DNA of 64,000 nt from Rubripirellula sp. (GTDB lineage Bacteria > Planctomycetota > Planctomycetia > Pirellulales > Pirellulaceae). Shown here piece by piece: positions 49,702 to 59,737 of the stretch. The translations under genes were made by a program, and so were the position numbers. The notes under the pieces are model-generated. The model saw only the letters and a list, made by a program, of their open reading frames with translations, made no database searches and was not told the DNA's origin. Location of the stretch: the NCBI GenBank assembly GCA_965216875.1, contig OZ244207.1, positions 3,616,001 to 3,680,000 on the forward strand, read 5' to 3'. Every line of letters begins with the position of its first letter. Position 1 is the first letter of the stretch.

Positions 49702-50609
49702 CGAATCCCCCGCGACTTGGTTCGGCCGGCCAGGAACCGCAGCAACACCTGCTCGTACGCTTCATCCACGCTGATTCGGTGATAGTCGATCGCCGACTCA
49801 AGCACGATCGATTTGATTTGATCCAAATAGGTGTGCAGCGCCTTTTGATACCGATCAACAATTTCGGTAGGTTCAGCAAAGATCGACGTGCCCCCTTCCA
49901 TGTCAACAAACCGCGTCGGCCGTCGAAACTCGAAGCCCAGTTCTTGAGGGTCGAGCAAATGAAAGACCGCCACGTCATGTTTGCGAAAACGAAGGTGGTC
50001 AAACGCTTCACGCAGCTGTTCGGGATCGACGAACAAATCAGACATAATCACGACAAGTGCGCGCTGCCGCGTCGTTTCGGCAAACTCGTGCAATCGGTTG
50101 ACCAATTGCGTGTCGCCCGCCGCGTCGGAATGCTCGAGCACATCGAAGATGCCTCGCAAGTGCGACGGCGTTCGTCGGGGTGGAATCGTGCGAACGATTT
50201 CCTCGGCAATGCAGGTCAAACCGACCGCATCGCCTTGCTGGACGGCCAAGTAGGCGAGCGAACCGGCCAACCGCCGAGCGTATTCAATTTTGGTCACGTC
50301 GCCGGAACCAAAGTTCATGGAACCGCTCGTGTCGAGCACCATGCAGCAGCGCAGGTTCGTGTCCGCTTCGAACTCTTTGACGTAGAAACGATCGGTGCGA
50401 CCATAGGCGCGCCAATCGAGACGCCGCAAATCATCACCAGGGACATAGCGTCGGTATTCTGCAAACTCGACGCTGGCACCGCGATGTGGGCTCGCGTGCA
50501 TCCCCGAGACACTTCCGACCATCGCCCGTCGCGCGAACAACGGCACCGCCGCAAGTCGTGCCAACGCCTGCGGGTCAAGGAAGCTGCGATTGTTATCGTC
50601 GGGGAGCAT
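49698..50609 (-). CDS. DUF58 domain protein
   Basis: GASVEFAEYRRYVPGDDLRRLDW, VKEFEADTN, LDTSGSM. Confidence 0.93.
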   Translation of the reverse strand: MLPDDNNRSFLDPQALARLAAVPLFARRAMVGSVSGMHASPHRGASVEFAEYRRYVPGDDLRRLDWRAYGRTDRFYVKEFEADTNLRCCMVLDTSGSMNFGSGDVTKIEYARRLAGSLAYLAVQQGDAVGLTCIAEEIVRTIPPRRTPSHLRGIFDVLEHSDAAGDTQLVNRLHEFAETTRQRALVVIMSDLFVDPEQLREAFDHLRFRKHDVAVFHLLDPQELGFEFRRPTRFVDMEGGTSIFAEPTEIVDRYQKALHTYLDQIKSIVLESAIDYHRISVDEAYEQVLLRFLAGRTKSRGIR

Positions 50610-50657
50610 GGTGGTTTGTACCGACCGCGGTTTGGCGGCGGCTTTGGTGGTTGCAAG

Positions 50658-52628
50658 TTAGTTGGGTGTCGCGTAGATCAACCATTTTCCGTCGGGGCTG
50701 AAACAAACGGAGGTCACCGCTCGCTCTTCACCCACTTCTTTCATCCGAATCGGCGTGCCGTCGCCCTCGGGCGAAAACTCGTAAAGCAACGCCTTTTTCT
50801 TTTCAGGTGTGTTGAGGTTGAACACAATCCGCTTGCCATCGGGGGACCAAGCCAAATCGGCGCCAATTTGTCGGTCGGTTGCGTGGTAGGTCTTCAAATC
50901 GGGGGCGCCAGTCATATTAACGATTGCCAACTGCTGTTTGTTAGGCAAACGCCCCTTAAACACCATCCGCTTGCTGTCAGGCGACCAAGCCATGTTCCAG
51001 AAGATGTACTGGTACGGGTGCTCGCCCTTGGCCAACACGACCCGCGTCTCTTCCGAATCGACATCGTAGACGCGCAGGGAATTGTCATTGGTGTAGGCAA
51101 TCGACTTTCCATCAGGTGACCATTGGGCAGCCCAACCGTCAGCGATTCGCTTTTCAGGTGTCCCGTCGGCCTTCATGATCCAAATGCCACTGCCACCCTC
51201 GTAGCGTGAACAGGCAAAACGTTCCCCATCAATCGACCAACTCGGCATCAAGCCATCTGTCAGGTTGTGCACATTCTTGCCGTCAGGCGTCATCTTCAAG
51301 ATGCGCGCCTTGCTGATGCCTTGGCTCGGCGTGACGTCAAACGCGATCCACTTGCCGTCGTTTGAAACGGCCGGAGAACCGCAGGTCGGGAACTCGCGCC
51401 GCCGATAAACTTCGCGAGACACGCCGTCTTCGAGCGAAATCATAACGAGCGAATGAATCGCTTTGCTCTTGAATTCGAATTCGTCGGCCGACAGCTTGTT
51501 GTCACGATCCAGGTCGTGACGGTGAAAATAGAAACGACGATGCAATTGAAAGAGACTGCGTTTGTTTGAAAAGACAAACTCTTCAAATGAAAGAAACGAG
51601 TCATCGTTGTCGTCTTTCGGGATCGATCCCCACGAATAGTTATGGTTGCCGAGCATCGATAGACGAAACTCGCTGAGCGAGAGTTTGCCGTCGCCATTTT
51701 CGTCAAATCCCGATAGTGATGACGAAATCAAACTCTGGCGAAACCCTGGCGTCGAATCACGCAACTCATGCTTGTCCAACAACGCATCAAAGTTCGTGTC
51801 GGCTTTGCGAAAATCTTCGATCGGATCAACGATGTTGGGTCCATCGACTCGAGTGAACTCACGGAGTGTGATCCGCCCATCGTTATCACGATCCGCCGCC
51901 TCAAAGTCAGCTTCGGCCGTTTGAGGACGCCACCAAGTTTCGATGAATTCCTGTTTCGAAATCACGTCGTCGGAGTTGGCGTCGCTGCGCAGAAACCGCG
52001 CAAAGTTCACCACGCGTCCATTTTCCAAACGCAGTTTGTTACCGGTCGTCCAACGGATCCCAAGTTGGATCTCAAGAAAACGCTTCGCCTCTTCGCGGGT
52101 CACCGAATGATCACCGTTCGGATCAGCCTGAGCAACGATTTCGCGTTCGAGCCGACGACGGTTGTCCGTCGACAATGAGGCTGCAAAGTTGATCGCAAAG
52201 AACGTGCTGTTCATTTGCTCGGTGGTTCGATTGTTCCAACCATCGTAGGCTTCATCCAAAGCCTCGATCGCTTGCTCGAGCAAACCGTCATAAGGGTCAG
52301 GCATCGGACCGCGCTGACGTGGCTTGCCGCTGCTCGGAGTCATGTCGAATTCGCTTTGCGAAAGCTTTTTGTCGCCGTTGAAATCGAAAAGCTTGAAGTC
52401 ACGACGCAAAACGCGAGCATCACCGCCCCGTTTAAGGTACTCCTCCTCGCTCAGTTGCCGATCTGCGTCCTGGTCGAGGACGGTGAACGCCGCGCGGCGT
52501 AACTGAGCAAGGCGTTCGGCGGAATCTTGGCCCAGGAGCGTCTGACAGGGCAAGGCAAGAACCATCAACAGCGCAGCGGTGATCGCCGCGACTGCATGAT
52601 TGTTCATCAAGCCCGACAAAGTCCGCAT
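50658..52628 (-). CDS. secreted multi-EF-hand protein with C-terminal TolB/PD40 propeller
   Basis: Many DxNxDxxLSxxEF loops; WSPDG repeats. Confidence 0.85.
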   Translation of the reverse strand: MRTLSGLMNNHAVAAITAALLMVLALPCQTLLGQDSAERLAQLRRAAFTVLDQDADRQLSEEEYLKRGGDARVLRRDFKLFDFNGDKKLSQSEFDMTPSSGKPRQRGPMPDPYDGLLEQAIEALDEAYDGWNNRTTEQMNSTFFAINFAASLSTDNRRRLEREIVAQADPNGDHSVTREEAKRFLEIQLGIRWTTGNKLRLENGRVVNFARFLRSDANSDDVISKQEFIETWWRPQTAEADFEAADRDNDGRITLREFTRVDGPNIVDPIEDFRKADTNFDALLDKHELRDSTPGFRQSLISSSLSGFDENGDGKLSLSEFRLSMLGNHNYSWGSIPKDDNDDSFLSFEEFVFSNKRSLFQLHRRFYFHRHDLDRDNKLSADEFEFKSKAIHSLVMISLEDGVSREVYRRREFPTCGSPAVSNDGKWIAFDVTPSQGISKARILKMTPDGKNVHNLTDGLMPSWSIDGERFACSRYEGGSGIWIMKADGTPEKRIADGWAAQWSPDGKSIAYTNDNSLRVYDVDSEETRVVLAKGEHPYQYIFWNMAWSPDSKRMVFKGRLPNKQQLAIVNMTGAPDLKTYHATDRQIGADLAWSPDGKRIVFNLNTPEKKKALLYEFSPEGDGTPIRMKEVGEERAVTSVCFSPDGKWLIYATPN

Positions 52629-52631
52629 CCA

Positions 52632-53756
52632 TTAACCCCGCGCTGCCGAAGCCGATGCGCCACTATCGATCCCACCTTCGACCGTTTCCTTGACCAGACG
52701 ACGCACGATTTGGCGCGCGTCAACGCCTTCACTTTGTGCTGCAAAGGTCGTGATCATGCGGTGCGTCAACACGGGCTCGGCAACCGCTTCGATGTCTTCG
52801 AGTCGCACCATGTATTGCCCGGCAAGCGCCGCACGTGTCTTGCCACCTAGAATCAAATACTGAACCGCACGCGGACCAGCCCCCCAAGAAACAAGCGGCT
52901 TGAGCCAATCAGGGGCGACGTCTTCGCGGGGACGAGTCTTGCGAACAAGCTTGACCGCAAATTGGTAAATGTGATCCGGCACAGGAACGCGACGCGCCAA
53001 GTGTTGGAACGCCAAGATGTCTTCGGCATGCAACAGCGCGTCGAGTTTGGGCAATTGATCACCCGTCGTTGTTCGCGCGATCTGAATCTCTTCGGCTTCC
53101 GATGGATAGTCGAGCTCGATCAGGAACATGAATCGGTCAAGCTGCGCCTCAGGCAACGGATACGTTCCTTCCTGCTCGACCGGGTTTTGGGTGGCAAGAA
53201 CCAAGAAAGGTTCGTCCAAATCGTACGGCTTGCCGAGCACCGTGACGCGATGCTCTTGCATCGCTTCCAACATGGCAGCTTGGGTCTTTGGTGGAGCTCG
53301 GTTGATCTCGTCGGCCAAAACGATGTTGGCAAACACTGGTCCAGGCACGAACTGAAACTCACGACGTCCCTCGGCCGTGTCTTGCAGGATGTCGGTGCCG
53401 GTGATGTCCATCGGCATCAGGTCGGGTGTGAACTGAACACGCGAAAAATCGAGCGACATCGTTTCGGCGACCTTGCTGACCAAAAGCGTTTTGGCCAAAC
53501 CAGGCACCCCCATCAACAAGGCGTGACCGCGAGCAAACAGACAGATCAATAATTGCTCGATCACCTCCGATTGACCGACAATCACCTTGCCCAATTCTTG
53601 CTTCAGCTTTGCGTGGCACTCCTGCAACCGTTCGATGTGCTGGACATCATCCGAACTGAGCTCTTCAGACGTGCCAGCACTTGCCTGCGAAGGGGAATCA
53701 TTCATCGAACGGGGATGCTCCGAAGTCAACGGGGAAAAACCAGGTGATGGGTCCAC
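52632..53756 (-). CDS. MoxR family AAA+ ATPase
   Basis: GVPGLAKT, QFTPDLMPMD, ADEINRAPPKTQ, EGTYPLPEAQLDRF; start may be 53705. Confidence 0.95.
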   Translation of the reverse strand: MDPSPGFSPLTSEHPRSMNDSPSQASAGTSEELSSDDVQHIERLQECHAKLKQELGKVIVGQSEVIEQLLICLFARGHALLMGVPGLAKTLLVSKVAETMSLDFSRVQFTPDLMPMDITGTDILQDTAEGRREFQFVPGPVFANIVLADEINRAPPKTQAAMLEAMQEHRVTVLGKPYDLDEPFLVLATQNPVEQEGTYPLPEAQLDRFMFLIELDYPSEAEEIQIARTTTGDQLPKLDALLHAEDILAFQHLARRVPVPDHIYQFAVKLVRKTRPREDVAPDWLKPLVSWGAGPRAVQYLILGGKTRAALAGQYMVRLEDIEAVAEPVLTHRMITTFAAQSEGVDARQIVRRLVKETVEGGIDSGASASAARG

Positions 53757-53929
53757 TTTCAGTTGTCACGCTTCATGACATTTTGGAATGGACGGAGTAA
53801 CTGAGGCAGAAAACAGACTATCCGTCTGTAGGCGGGAAGGCAAATCTGCCAGCCTCCGGAGGCGGGAGTTTTTTCAGCGTTTCACGGCTATCGGCCGCCA
53901 CCTCACGGCCCGATGGATCGTACTTCCTA

Positions 53930-55171
53930 TCAATCCAACCACTTTAACTCAGCCGCGGACCGGGTGCCGAGCGAGCCCCACAAACCGTAAGGGCTTTCCG
54001 TCGCAGGTGGCGACTTGCTTCCAAGATACACCGTGGCGCTGTTTTCGTCCCCCGCGTCGATACCATCGGTGACAAAATGAATGCTCCCATCGGCAAAACA
54101 GACGTTCACTCCACCCTGATGCCGACTGCTGGCCGTCACCACGCCGGAGGACACTTCAAGATCTTCGCTCAGGGTGATCTCGCGGTTGGGCGCAAGGATC
54201 GTGTTGAACCCCGTGTACAACGGCATTCCATCGGCCCATCGCTGCCCGCGGCCAATACCCTGGCTTGCCTGAAGCACCGTGCCTCCGGCACCCGCCTTCC
54301 AAAACATTGGGCGTTCCATGTCGAGCAGCTCAGCAGACCTCGCCCAAGTCGGCTCGTCTCGAAGGACGTCTTCGCCCGGACCGGCAACGGGATCGGTTCG
54401 CATATCACGATCCCCCAGGTCGGTCGCAATTTCACCGATCATGAAGGTCGATGACAGTCCATCGCTGACGTCACTCAATCGGGTGATCGCGCGAGGAACG
54501 AACATCCCCCGCATCGAGACTTCAATTTGGGCAGCAAGATCGGCATCCACGACAAACCTTCCGGCAACCTCCTTCATCGGCCCCGTCGCCGCTCCGACCA
54601 AACCATCCCCCAAACAAGCTGCGTAGTTCGTTCGCCCCATCGCTGGCAATCCCACCCCCGGATCGCTGGGACAACGCAGCACCGGAATCTCAGTCATCCA
54701 AGGTTCGTATGAGCGGTTGGTCGGACTTGGACCACCAATCACGAACAAATCTTCTTGCGCCGCGTCATCCTCATCAGCCGACTCGCCAAACTCGTCATAG
54801 GGATCCATCCCGTACATCTCGGACATCCCGTACATGGGGCTTTGAGGTTGCCCGATTCTCTCGTGCAAATTCCCTTTGTCCATAAAGGGCAACAACGCAA
54901 CAAAGATGCTCAGGCGACGATCATTATCAAGATCGGCCACCGTGCTCCCATCAGTGCCCGACAACTGAACGGGCAACTGATCAAACACACTGTGGTAGCT
55001 GTGAATCGCCTGCCCCACCTGAAGCAAGTTGTTGCTACAGCTGGTGCGTCGCGCCATTTCGCGCGCCGACTGAACCGCCGGTAGCAACATCCAAATCAAC
55101 ACCATGATGATCAGGATCACCGCAAACAATTCGATCACGGTAAACGCACAGCGGCGCGGCGATGAACTCAT
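53930..55171 (-). CDS. DUF1559 prepilin-type protein
   Basis: AFTVIELF, LLPAVQSAREMARR, CPSDP, SRHQGGVNVCFADGS. Confidence 0.9.
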   Translation of the reverse strand: MSSSPRRCAFTVIELFAVILIIMVLIWMLLPAVQSAREMARRTSCSNNLLQVGQAIHSYHSVFDQLPVQLSGTDGSTVADLDNDRRLSIFVALLPFMDKGNLHERIGQPQSPMYGMSEMYGMDPYDEFGESADEDDAAQEDLFVIGGPSPTNRSYEPWMTEIPVLRCPSDPGVGLPAMGRTNYAACLGDGLVGAATGPMKEVAGRFVVDADLAAQIEVSMRGMFVPRAITRLSDVSDGLSSTFMIGEIATDLGDRDMRTDPVAGPGEDVLRDEPTWARSAELLDMERPMFWKAGAGGTVLQASQGIGRGQRWADGMPLYTGFNTILAPNREITLSEDLEVSSGVVTASSRHQGGVNVCFADGSIHFVTDGIDAGDENSATVYLGSKSPPATESPYGLWGSLGTRSAAELKWLD

Positions 55172-55421
55172 GAAGGTCCCCGATGGGAGAGGTCGAGAAG
55201 CAGGTCGAGAACAGGACCGGTGCCCCCGACGTTGGCCAGCTTAGCAGAAATCAGCACCAAACAAGACATTGTGTCTCGAATTTTATTCGATTGTTTGGTT
55301 TCGTAGCTAGCTGGCTTCGTAGCTACCTTCGCCAGAAGGTGGTTTACCGCTCGCTATCACACCACGCGTTGGCAAGCGTAGCGACAGCGAACAAGACCCA
55401 TCGCGGCTCAACGAGACACGG

Positions 55422-56588
55422 CTAGGGGCTGAGCATTTCGGCGGCGACAGCGTCGGCGAAGAGCACGCCTTGATGCGTCAGACGCAATCGGCCCGCCTCG
55501 AACGTCGCATTGCCGAGCCGACAAACCTCGTCGATCGAATCGGCCAGCAAGGTATTGACGTCAACGCCCGTCCGGTCAGCGATCTCGGAGAGGTCGACTC
55601 CTTCCATCATCCGCACTCCAAACGCCGCGAGTTCGCGTGCGTAGCCAACCGGGTCGAGCGATTCGACTTCGGCAACGGGTAAATCCCCCGACTGAATACG
55701 CTTCAAATAAGTCGTCGGACTGCGGTGGTTGGTTTCGCGGCGCCCGTCCACAAACCGGGCCGCCCCCGGGCCTGCAGCGAACCAACCCAACCCTCGCCAA
55801 TACGCTTGGTTGTGCCGACAGCGAAAACCTAGCCGAGCGAAATTGGAGACCTCGTACTGCTCGATTCCCGCCGCTTCCGTCATCGACCGAGCAAGCTGGT
55901 ACATGTCCACTTCAGTCTCTTCTTCGACCGCACAGAGCTGGCCGCGGCGACGCCGACTCCAAAACGACGTTCCTTTTTCGAAGGTTAGCGCGTACGTGGA
56001 GAGGTGTTTGACGGGCAAGTCGATTGCGGTCTGCAAATCTCGGCGCCAGTCGTCAACCGATTCGCCTGGTGCAGCAAAGATCAAATCAAGCGAAACGACA
56101 GGAAGTGTCTCGGCGGCCATCTCAATCGCGGTGGCTGCGTGGGCGCCACTGTGCCCACGTTCAAGCTGTGCGAGCTTTCGGGAATCAAACGATTGAACGC
56201 CAAGACTGATTCGATTGACGCCATGCCCCGCAAGCAGCTGAAGCTTCTCTTGATCAATGTCTTCGGGGTTCGCTTCGACGCTCCATTCACAGTCCGCCGC
56301 AAGTTGAAACCTGCTGGAAACGGTTTCGAGCAATCGATTGAGCTGATGCGGCGGCAGATGGGTTGGCGTTCCGCCGCCAATGAAAACCGAATCGACCTCG
56401 GGACGATCAAGTCGGCTGAGTTCGCTTTCGATCGCATCCACAAACGCATCGATCAGTTCATCTCGTCCGGCGACAACGCTGAAGTTGCAATAACCGCAGC
56501 GATGCCGACAGAACGGAACATGGATGTAGACGGCACGCGGTACGGGCCAAATCGAATCGTCCGCTCGATCGATGTCGTCTACAACCAC
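55422..56588 (-). CDS. hemW: radical SAM heme chaperone HemW
   Basis: [34 protein letters not shown]. Confidence 0.85.
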   Translation of the reverse strand: MVVDDIDRADDSIWPVPRAVYIHVPFCRHRCGYCNFSVVAGRDELIDAFVDAIESELSRLDRPEVDSVFIGGGTPTHLPPHQLNRLLETVSSRFQLAADCEWSVEANPEDIDQEKLQLLAGHGVNRISLGVQSFDSRKLAQLERGHSGAHAATAIEMAAETLPVVSLDLIFAAPGESVDDWRRDLQTAIDLPVKHLSTYALTFEKGTSFWSRRRRGQLCAVEEETEVDMYQLARSMTEAAGIEQYEVSNFARLGFRCRHNQAYWRGLGWFAAGPGAARFVDGRRETNHRSPTTYLKRIQSGDLPVAEVESLDPVGYARELAAFGVRMMEGVDLSEIADRTGVDVNTLLADSIDEVCRLGNATFEAGRLRLTHQGVLFADAVAAEMLSP

Positions 56589-57418
56589 AACTTCATACGG
56601 CCGTCGAGCATGTCCGGAAGCGCTTTGTCAACGAAACGCTTGACTTGCGAATCGTTGTACCGCGTGCTCAGGTGCGACGCGATCACGAGTTCGTTTTCGA
56701 ATCGATCGGCTCGCTTGATGTAGTCGTCCACGTGCATGTGACCATGCTTGTGAATCTTTTCCTTGCGATGCTCGGGTGCCACGAAGGTCAATTCACTAAT
56801 CAGGATCTTGGCCTCATAAAACACCGGATTGTCGTCCAGCCCTGGCGGTGACGTGTCGCCGGTGTAGGCAAAAATCGGCACCCGCACCTCGGTCGTTACC
56901 TCTTTGCCAGACAGCTTCAGGTCGCGAATCTGATCACCAGGCAAACCCTGGAATTCTTCCTTGAGCTTGTGGCGACGCTGGTGAACGACAAAGCCGACCG
57001 AATCGATGGTGTGCCGCGTGGGAAGGGCGGTCACAACATGCTCGCGACTGATATCGGTTTCATCTCCAGGAAGCAATCCGATCAATTCGCAGGGCATCGC
57101 ACCGCGATCAAGTTTGCGAAAGGTTTGCAGCATGTTCCACGCCGCATCGACAGCCGAATCGGGCAGATAGATCACCGGAGGATCCATCTTCATCATCCGC
57201 CGCCGCGAAACATACGCCGGAAGTGCAGCGATGTGATCGAGGTGTGCATGCGAGATGAACATCGTGGACGTGCCCATGAAGTCCCAGGGCTGCACGCCGA
57301 CATCGAACAAGAGTTTCAGTTCATTGACGCGCCAGCACGTTTGGACTGCCGCGCGCGAATAGCCCTCGATGGTCAAGCCATCGTGATGGTGGGACAGGAC
57401 GGGAACGTTTTCGATCAT
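56579..57418 (-). CDS. MBL-fold hydrolase, short RNase Z-like
   Basis: HAHLDH, YTGDT, ELTF, HGHMH, SHLSTRY. Confidence 0.75.
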   Translation of the reverse strand: MIENVPVLSHHHDGLTIEGYSRAAVQTCWRVNELKLLFDVGVQPWDFMGTSTMFISHAHLDHIAALPAYVSRRRMMKMDPPVIYLPDSAVDAAWNMLQTFRKLDRGAMPCELIGLLPGDETDISREHVVTALPTRHTIDSVGFVVHQRRHKLKEEFQGLPGDQIRDLKLSGKEVTTEVRVPIFAYTGDTSPPGLDDNPVFYEAKILISELTFVAPEHRKEKIHKHGHMHVDDYIKRADRFENELVIASHLSTRYNDSQVKRFVDKALPDMLDGRMKLWL

Positions 57419-57663
57419 CTTGATCAATCCGGTGTTATCTCAATTTCCTCTGAAAAACTAACCGAGGATGGGTAAATCGACCAGGAGAGACGGGGGCAAG
57501 GTTCGCGCTGCACCCGTGAGCCGCAGGCGCTAGCCTCGGGCCCTTACTGCCGGCCGTGAGGCCTCGGGCTCTTGCCGCCGGCCGTGAGGCCTAGGGCATT
57601 GCCGCAGTTTTCGAGAAGTGCACGGGCGCAGCCGCTTGCGCGATCGCGGCTCACAGAATCCGC

Positions 57664-58854
57664 CTACGACTCGCTCCAAGCCCTCTCGGCTGCACGCCGG
57701 ACTTCCGCGACGGTCGTTTGGTTCGAAGCGGCCAGTTGCCTCGCGTCGTCGTCTTCGACTTTGAACCGCGATTGGCCGGAGGGCAGCAACACCACCTTTC
57801 CTCGAACCGGCCCGAAATCGGTTTCCACCGTTTCGGCTCGCCGCACTAACTTGTGACGATCAACGGTGTGACGGCGAATGCCAATCGAGGACGAGTGTTC
57901 GAATACGATTTGCTCGAGCAGTCCAACGCGGGTGGCTGGCGAGACCACGGTAAGAACGGTTGCTGCGCGTCCTTTCTTCATCACGCACGGCGATTGAAAC
58001 ACGTCGAGCGCACCGGCCGCCATCAGGCGACTGGCACAATCCGCCATCTGCTCGGCGGTCGAGTCGTCAACGTTCGTTTCGAGCACAACGACGCGGTCTG
58101 ATTCCAACGTCGCCGAACCTCTCGCCGGTTCTTCCGACTCGCCCAATAACACCCGCAGCACATTGGCTTGGCCCTCCAGGTCCTTGTTTCCAGCGCCATA
58201 CCCGACTCCCGAAATGGTCATCGCCGGGACGGGCCCGAACGCTTCGGAAGTTGCTTTCAAGATCGCCGCCCCGGTGGGCGTTGTCAGCTCGGCTTCGACG
58301 TCGCACGGAGCGATTGGAATGCCGCAAAGAATCTCGGCGGTCGCCGGAGCCGGAATCGACACCCGGCCGTGGGCAATGGTGATCGCCCCCGTTCCGGTCG
58401 GAACCGGCGAAGCGACGACCTTTTCGATCCCCAGCTCGGTCATCGCGACAGCAGAACCGACAATGTCGGCGATCGAATCAATCGCTCCGACTTCGTGGAA
58501 ATGCACCTTTTCCAGGGTCGTGCCGTGAACCTTCGCTTCGGCCACAGCGACTTCTTGGAAGATGCGATGAGCCAGATCCTTTGCCGCCGAATCGATCTCA
58601 TTCGACGAATCGATCATGTCCGTGATGTGGTGGAGGTGCCGATGAGCGTGTTCGGGGGGGTGGTCGATTTGCACCGAGATGGCTCGAAACCCACACTTTT
58701 TGACCGTTGACGACGAAATCGAAAGCTCAGGCAGCCCCATCGATCGGACGGCCGATTGGATGGATGCCGCTTCGACGCCGAGGTCGATCAGAGCTCCCAG
58801 GGTCATGTCTCCGCTGATTCCGCTGAGACAGTCAAAATAGGCGACTTTGGTCAT
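57664..58854 (-). CDS. larC: nickel pincer cofactor biosynthesis protein LarC
   Basis: YFDCLSGISGDMTLGAL, HFHEVGAIDSIADIVG, ELTTPTGAA, ETNVDD. Confidence 0.92.
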   Translation of the reverse strand: MTKVAYFDCLSGISGDMTLGALIDLGVEAASIQSAVRSMGLPELSISSSTVKKCGFRAISVQIDHPPEHAHRHLHHITDMIDSSNEIDSAAKDLAHRIFQEVAVAEAKVHGTTLEKVHFHEVGAIDSIADIVGSAVAMTELGIEKVVASPVPTGTGAITIAHGRVSIPAPATAEILCGIPIAPCDVEAELTTPTGAAILKATSEAFGPVPAMTISGVGYGAGNKDLEGQANVLRVLLGESEEPARGSATLESDRVVVLETNVDDSTAEQMADCASRLMAAGALDVFQSPCVMKKGRAATVLTVVSPATRVGLLEQIVFEHSSSIGIRRHTVDRHKLVRRAETVETDFGPVRGKVVLLPSGQSRFKVEDDDARQLAASNQTTVAEVRRAAERAWSES

Positions 58855-58950
58855 GTGTCTCCGTCCAAGTCAATTCACTGTGGATGAGGCCCCCAAAGGG
58901 ACGATTTTCCACAAATCACGGGTGGTTTTCGGGGTTCTGGCCAGTTGGCG

Positions 58951-58978
58951 TTGAAGGATCCAGTTGACTCGCTATACT
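58951..58978 (+). promoter_or_regulatory. sigma70-type promoter of rpmJ
   Basis: TTGAAG-16 nt-TATACT. Confidence 0.55.
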
Positions 58979-59042
58979 CCGACCCTTCCAAACCGATCAA
59001 GAAAAAACAAACCTATACGATACGTTCGACGAGATCGATCCG

Positions 59043-59195
59043 ATGAAAGTAGTCAGCAGCATTGGCGCGTTGAAATACCGCCACCCCGATTGCCAAGTCG
59101 TCAAACGACGTGGCCGAATCTACGTGATTTGCAAAAGCAATCCACGTTTCAAAGTCCGCCAGGGCGGAGCGAAGGTCAAAAAGGCCCGCCGCTAG
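59043..59195 (+). CDS. rpmJ: 50S ribosomal protein L36, type B
   Basis: Manual translation [50 protein letters not shown]; below the ORF-track length cut-off. Confidence 0.93.
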   Translation: MKVVSSIGALKYRHPDCQVVKRRGRIYVICKSNPRFKVRQGGAKVKKARR

Positions 59196-59312
59196 CCTAT
59201 GGCTCAGCCATGGTTAGCCCATGGCTGAACCGGCAATCCAATTGCCGGCCAAAAAACCACGACGGTCGAGCGAAACTATCGCTCGACCGTTTTTTCATGC
59301 GCGGTCTCCTTT

Positions 59313-59666
59313 GCCGCCCTCGTTACCCCGCTCTGCCGCCCTCCCGCCCTCGTTACCCCGCTCTGCCGCCCTCCCGCCCTCGTTACCCCGCTCCGCGTGG
59401 TAACGCACTCTCGGACGCTCCGCGTCCTCCGCATTGGGCACCAGATGCAGTCGTGGGCGGATGCCCGGCCGCTTACGCGACCGCGGCTCACGACCACGCT
59501 CTGGCGAGCGTAGCTACGAAGACCAAAGCCCGACGCTAGCGCGTTCGGCTCACGTAGCTACCTTCGCCAGAAGGTGGAAGGTGCTGGGAGGCCGTTTTCA
59601 ACCACCCCACGCTCTGGCGAGCGTAGCTACGAAGACCAAAGCCCGACGCTAGCGCGTTCGGCTCAC
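59313..59666. repeat. composite repeat cluster: 30-bp tandem units plus GTAGCTAC and CTCAC REP units
   Basis: ccgccctcgttaccccgctctgccgccctc x~3; the third unit continues as the reverse complement of 8883-8934; ccacgctctggcgagcgtagctacgaagaccaaagcccgacgctagcgcgttcggctcac twice. Confidence 0.85.
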
Positions 59667-59667
59667 C

Positions 59668-59705
59668 AAACAAAAAACCTCGCGAATATTCGATTCGCGA
59701 GGTTC
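59668..59705 (-). terminator. intrinsic terminator of tig
   Basis: Minus strand AACCTCGCGAAT-CGAAT-ATTCGCGAGGTT followed by TTTTGTTT. Confidence 0.75.
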
Positions 59706-59737
59706 CTTGATTTGAGTCATATGAAGACCGATTCAAC

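Noticed and set aside
55422..56588. Coproporphyrinogen dehydrogenase HemN
   Set aside because: Length and the HNxxYW motif fit HemW better
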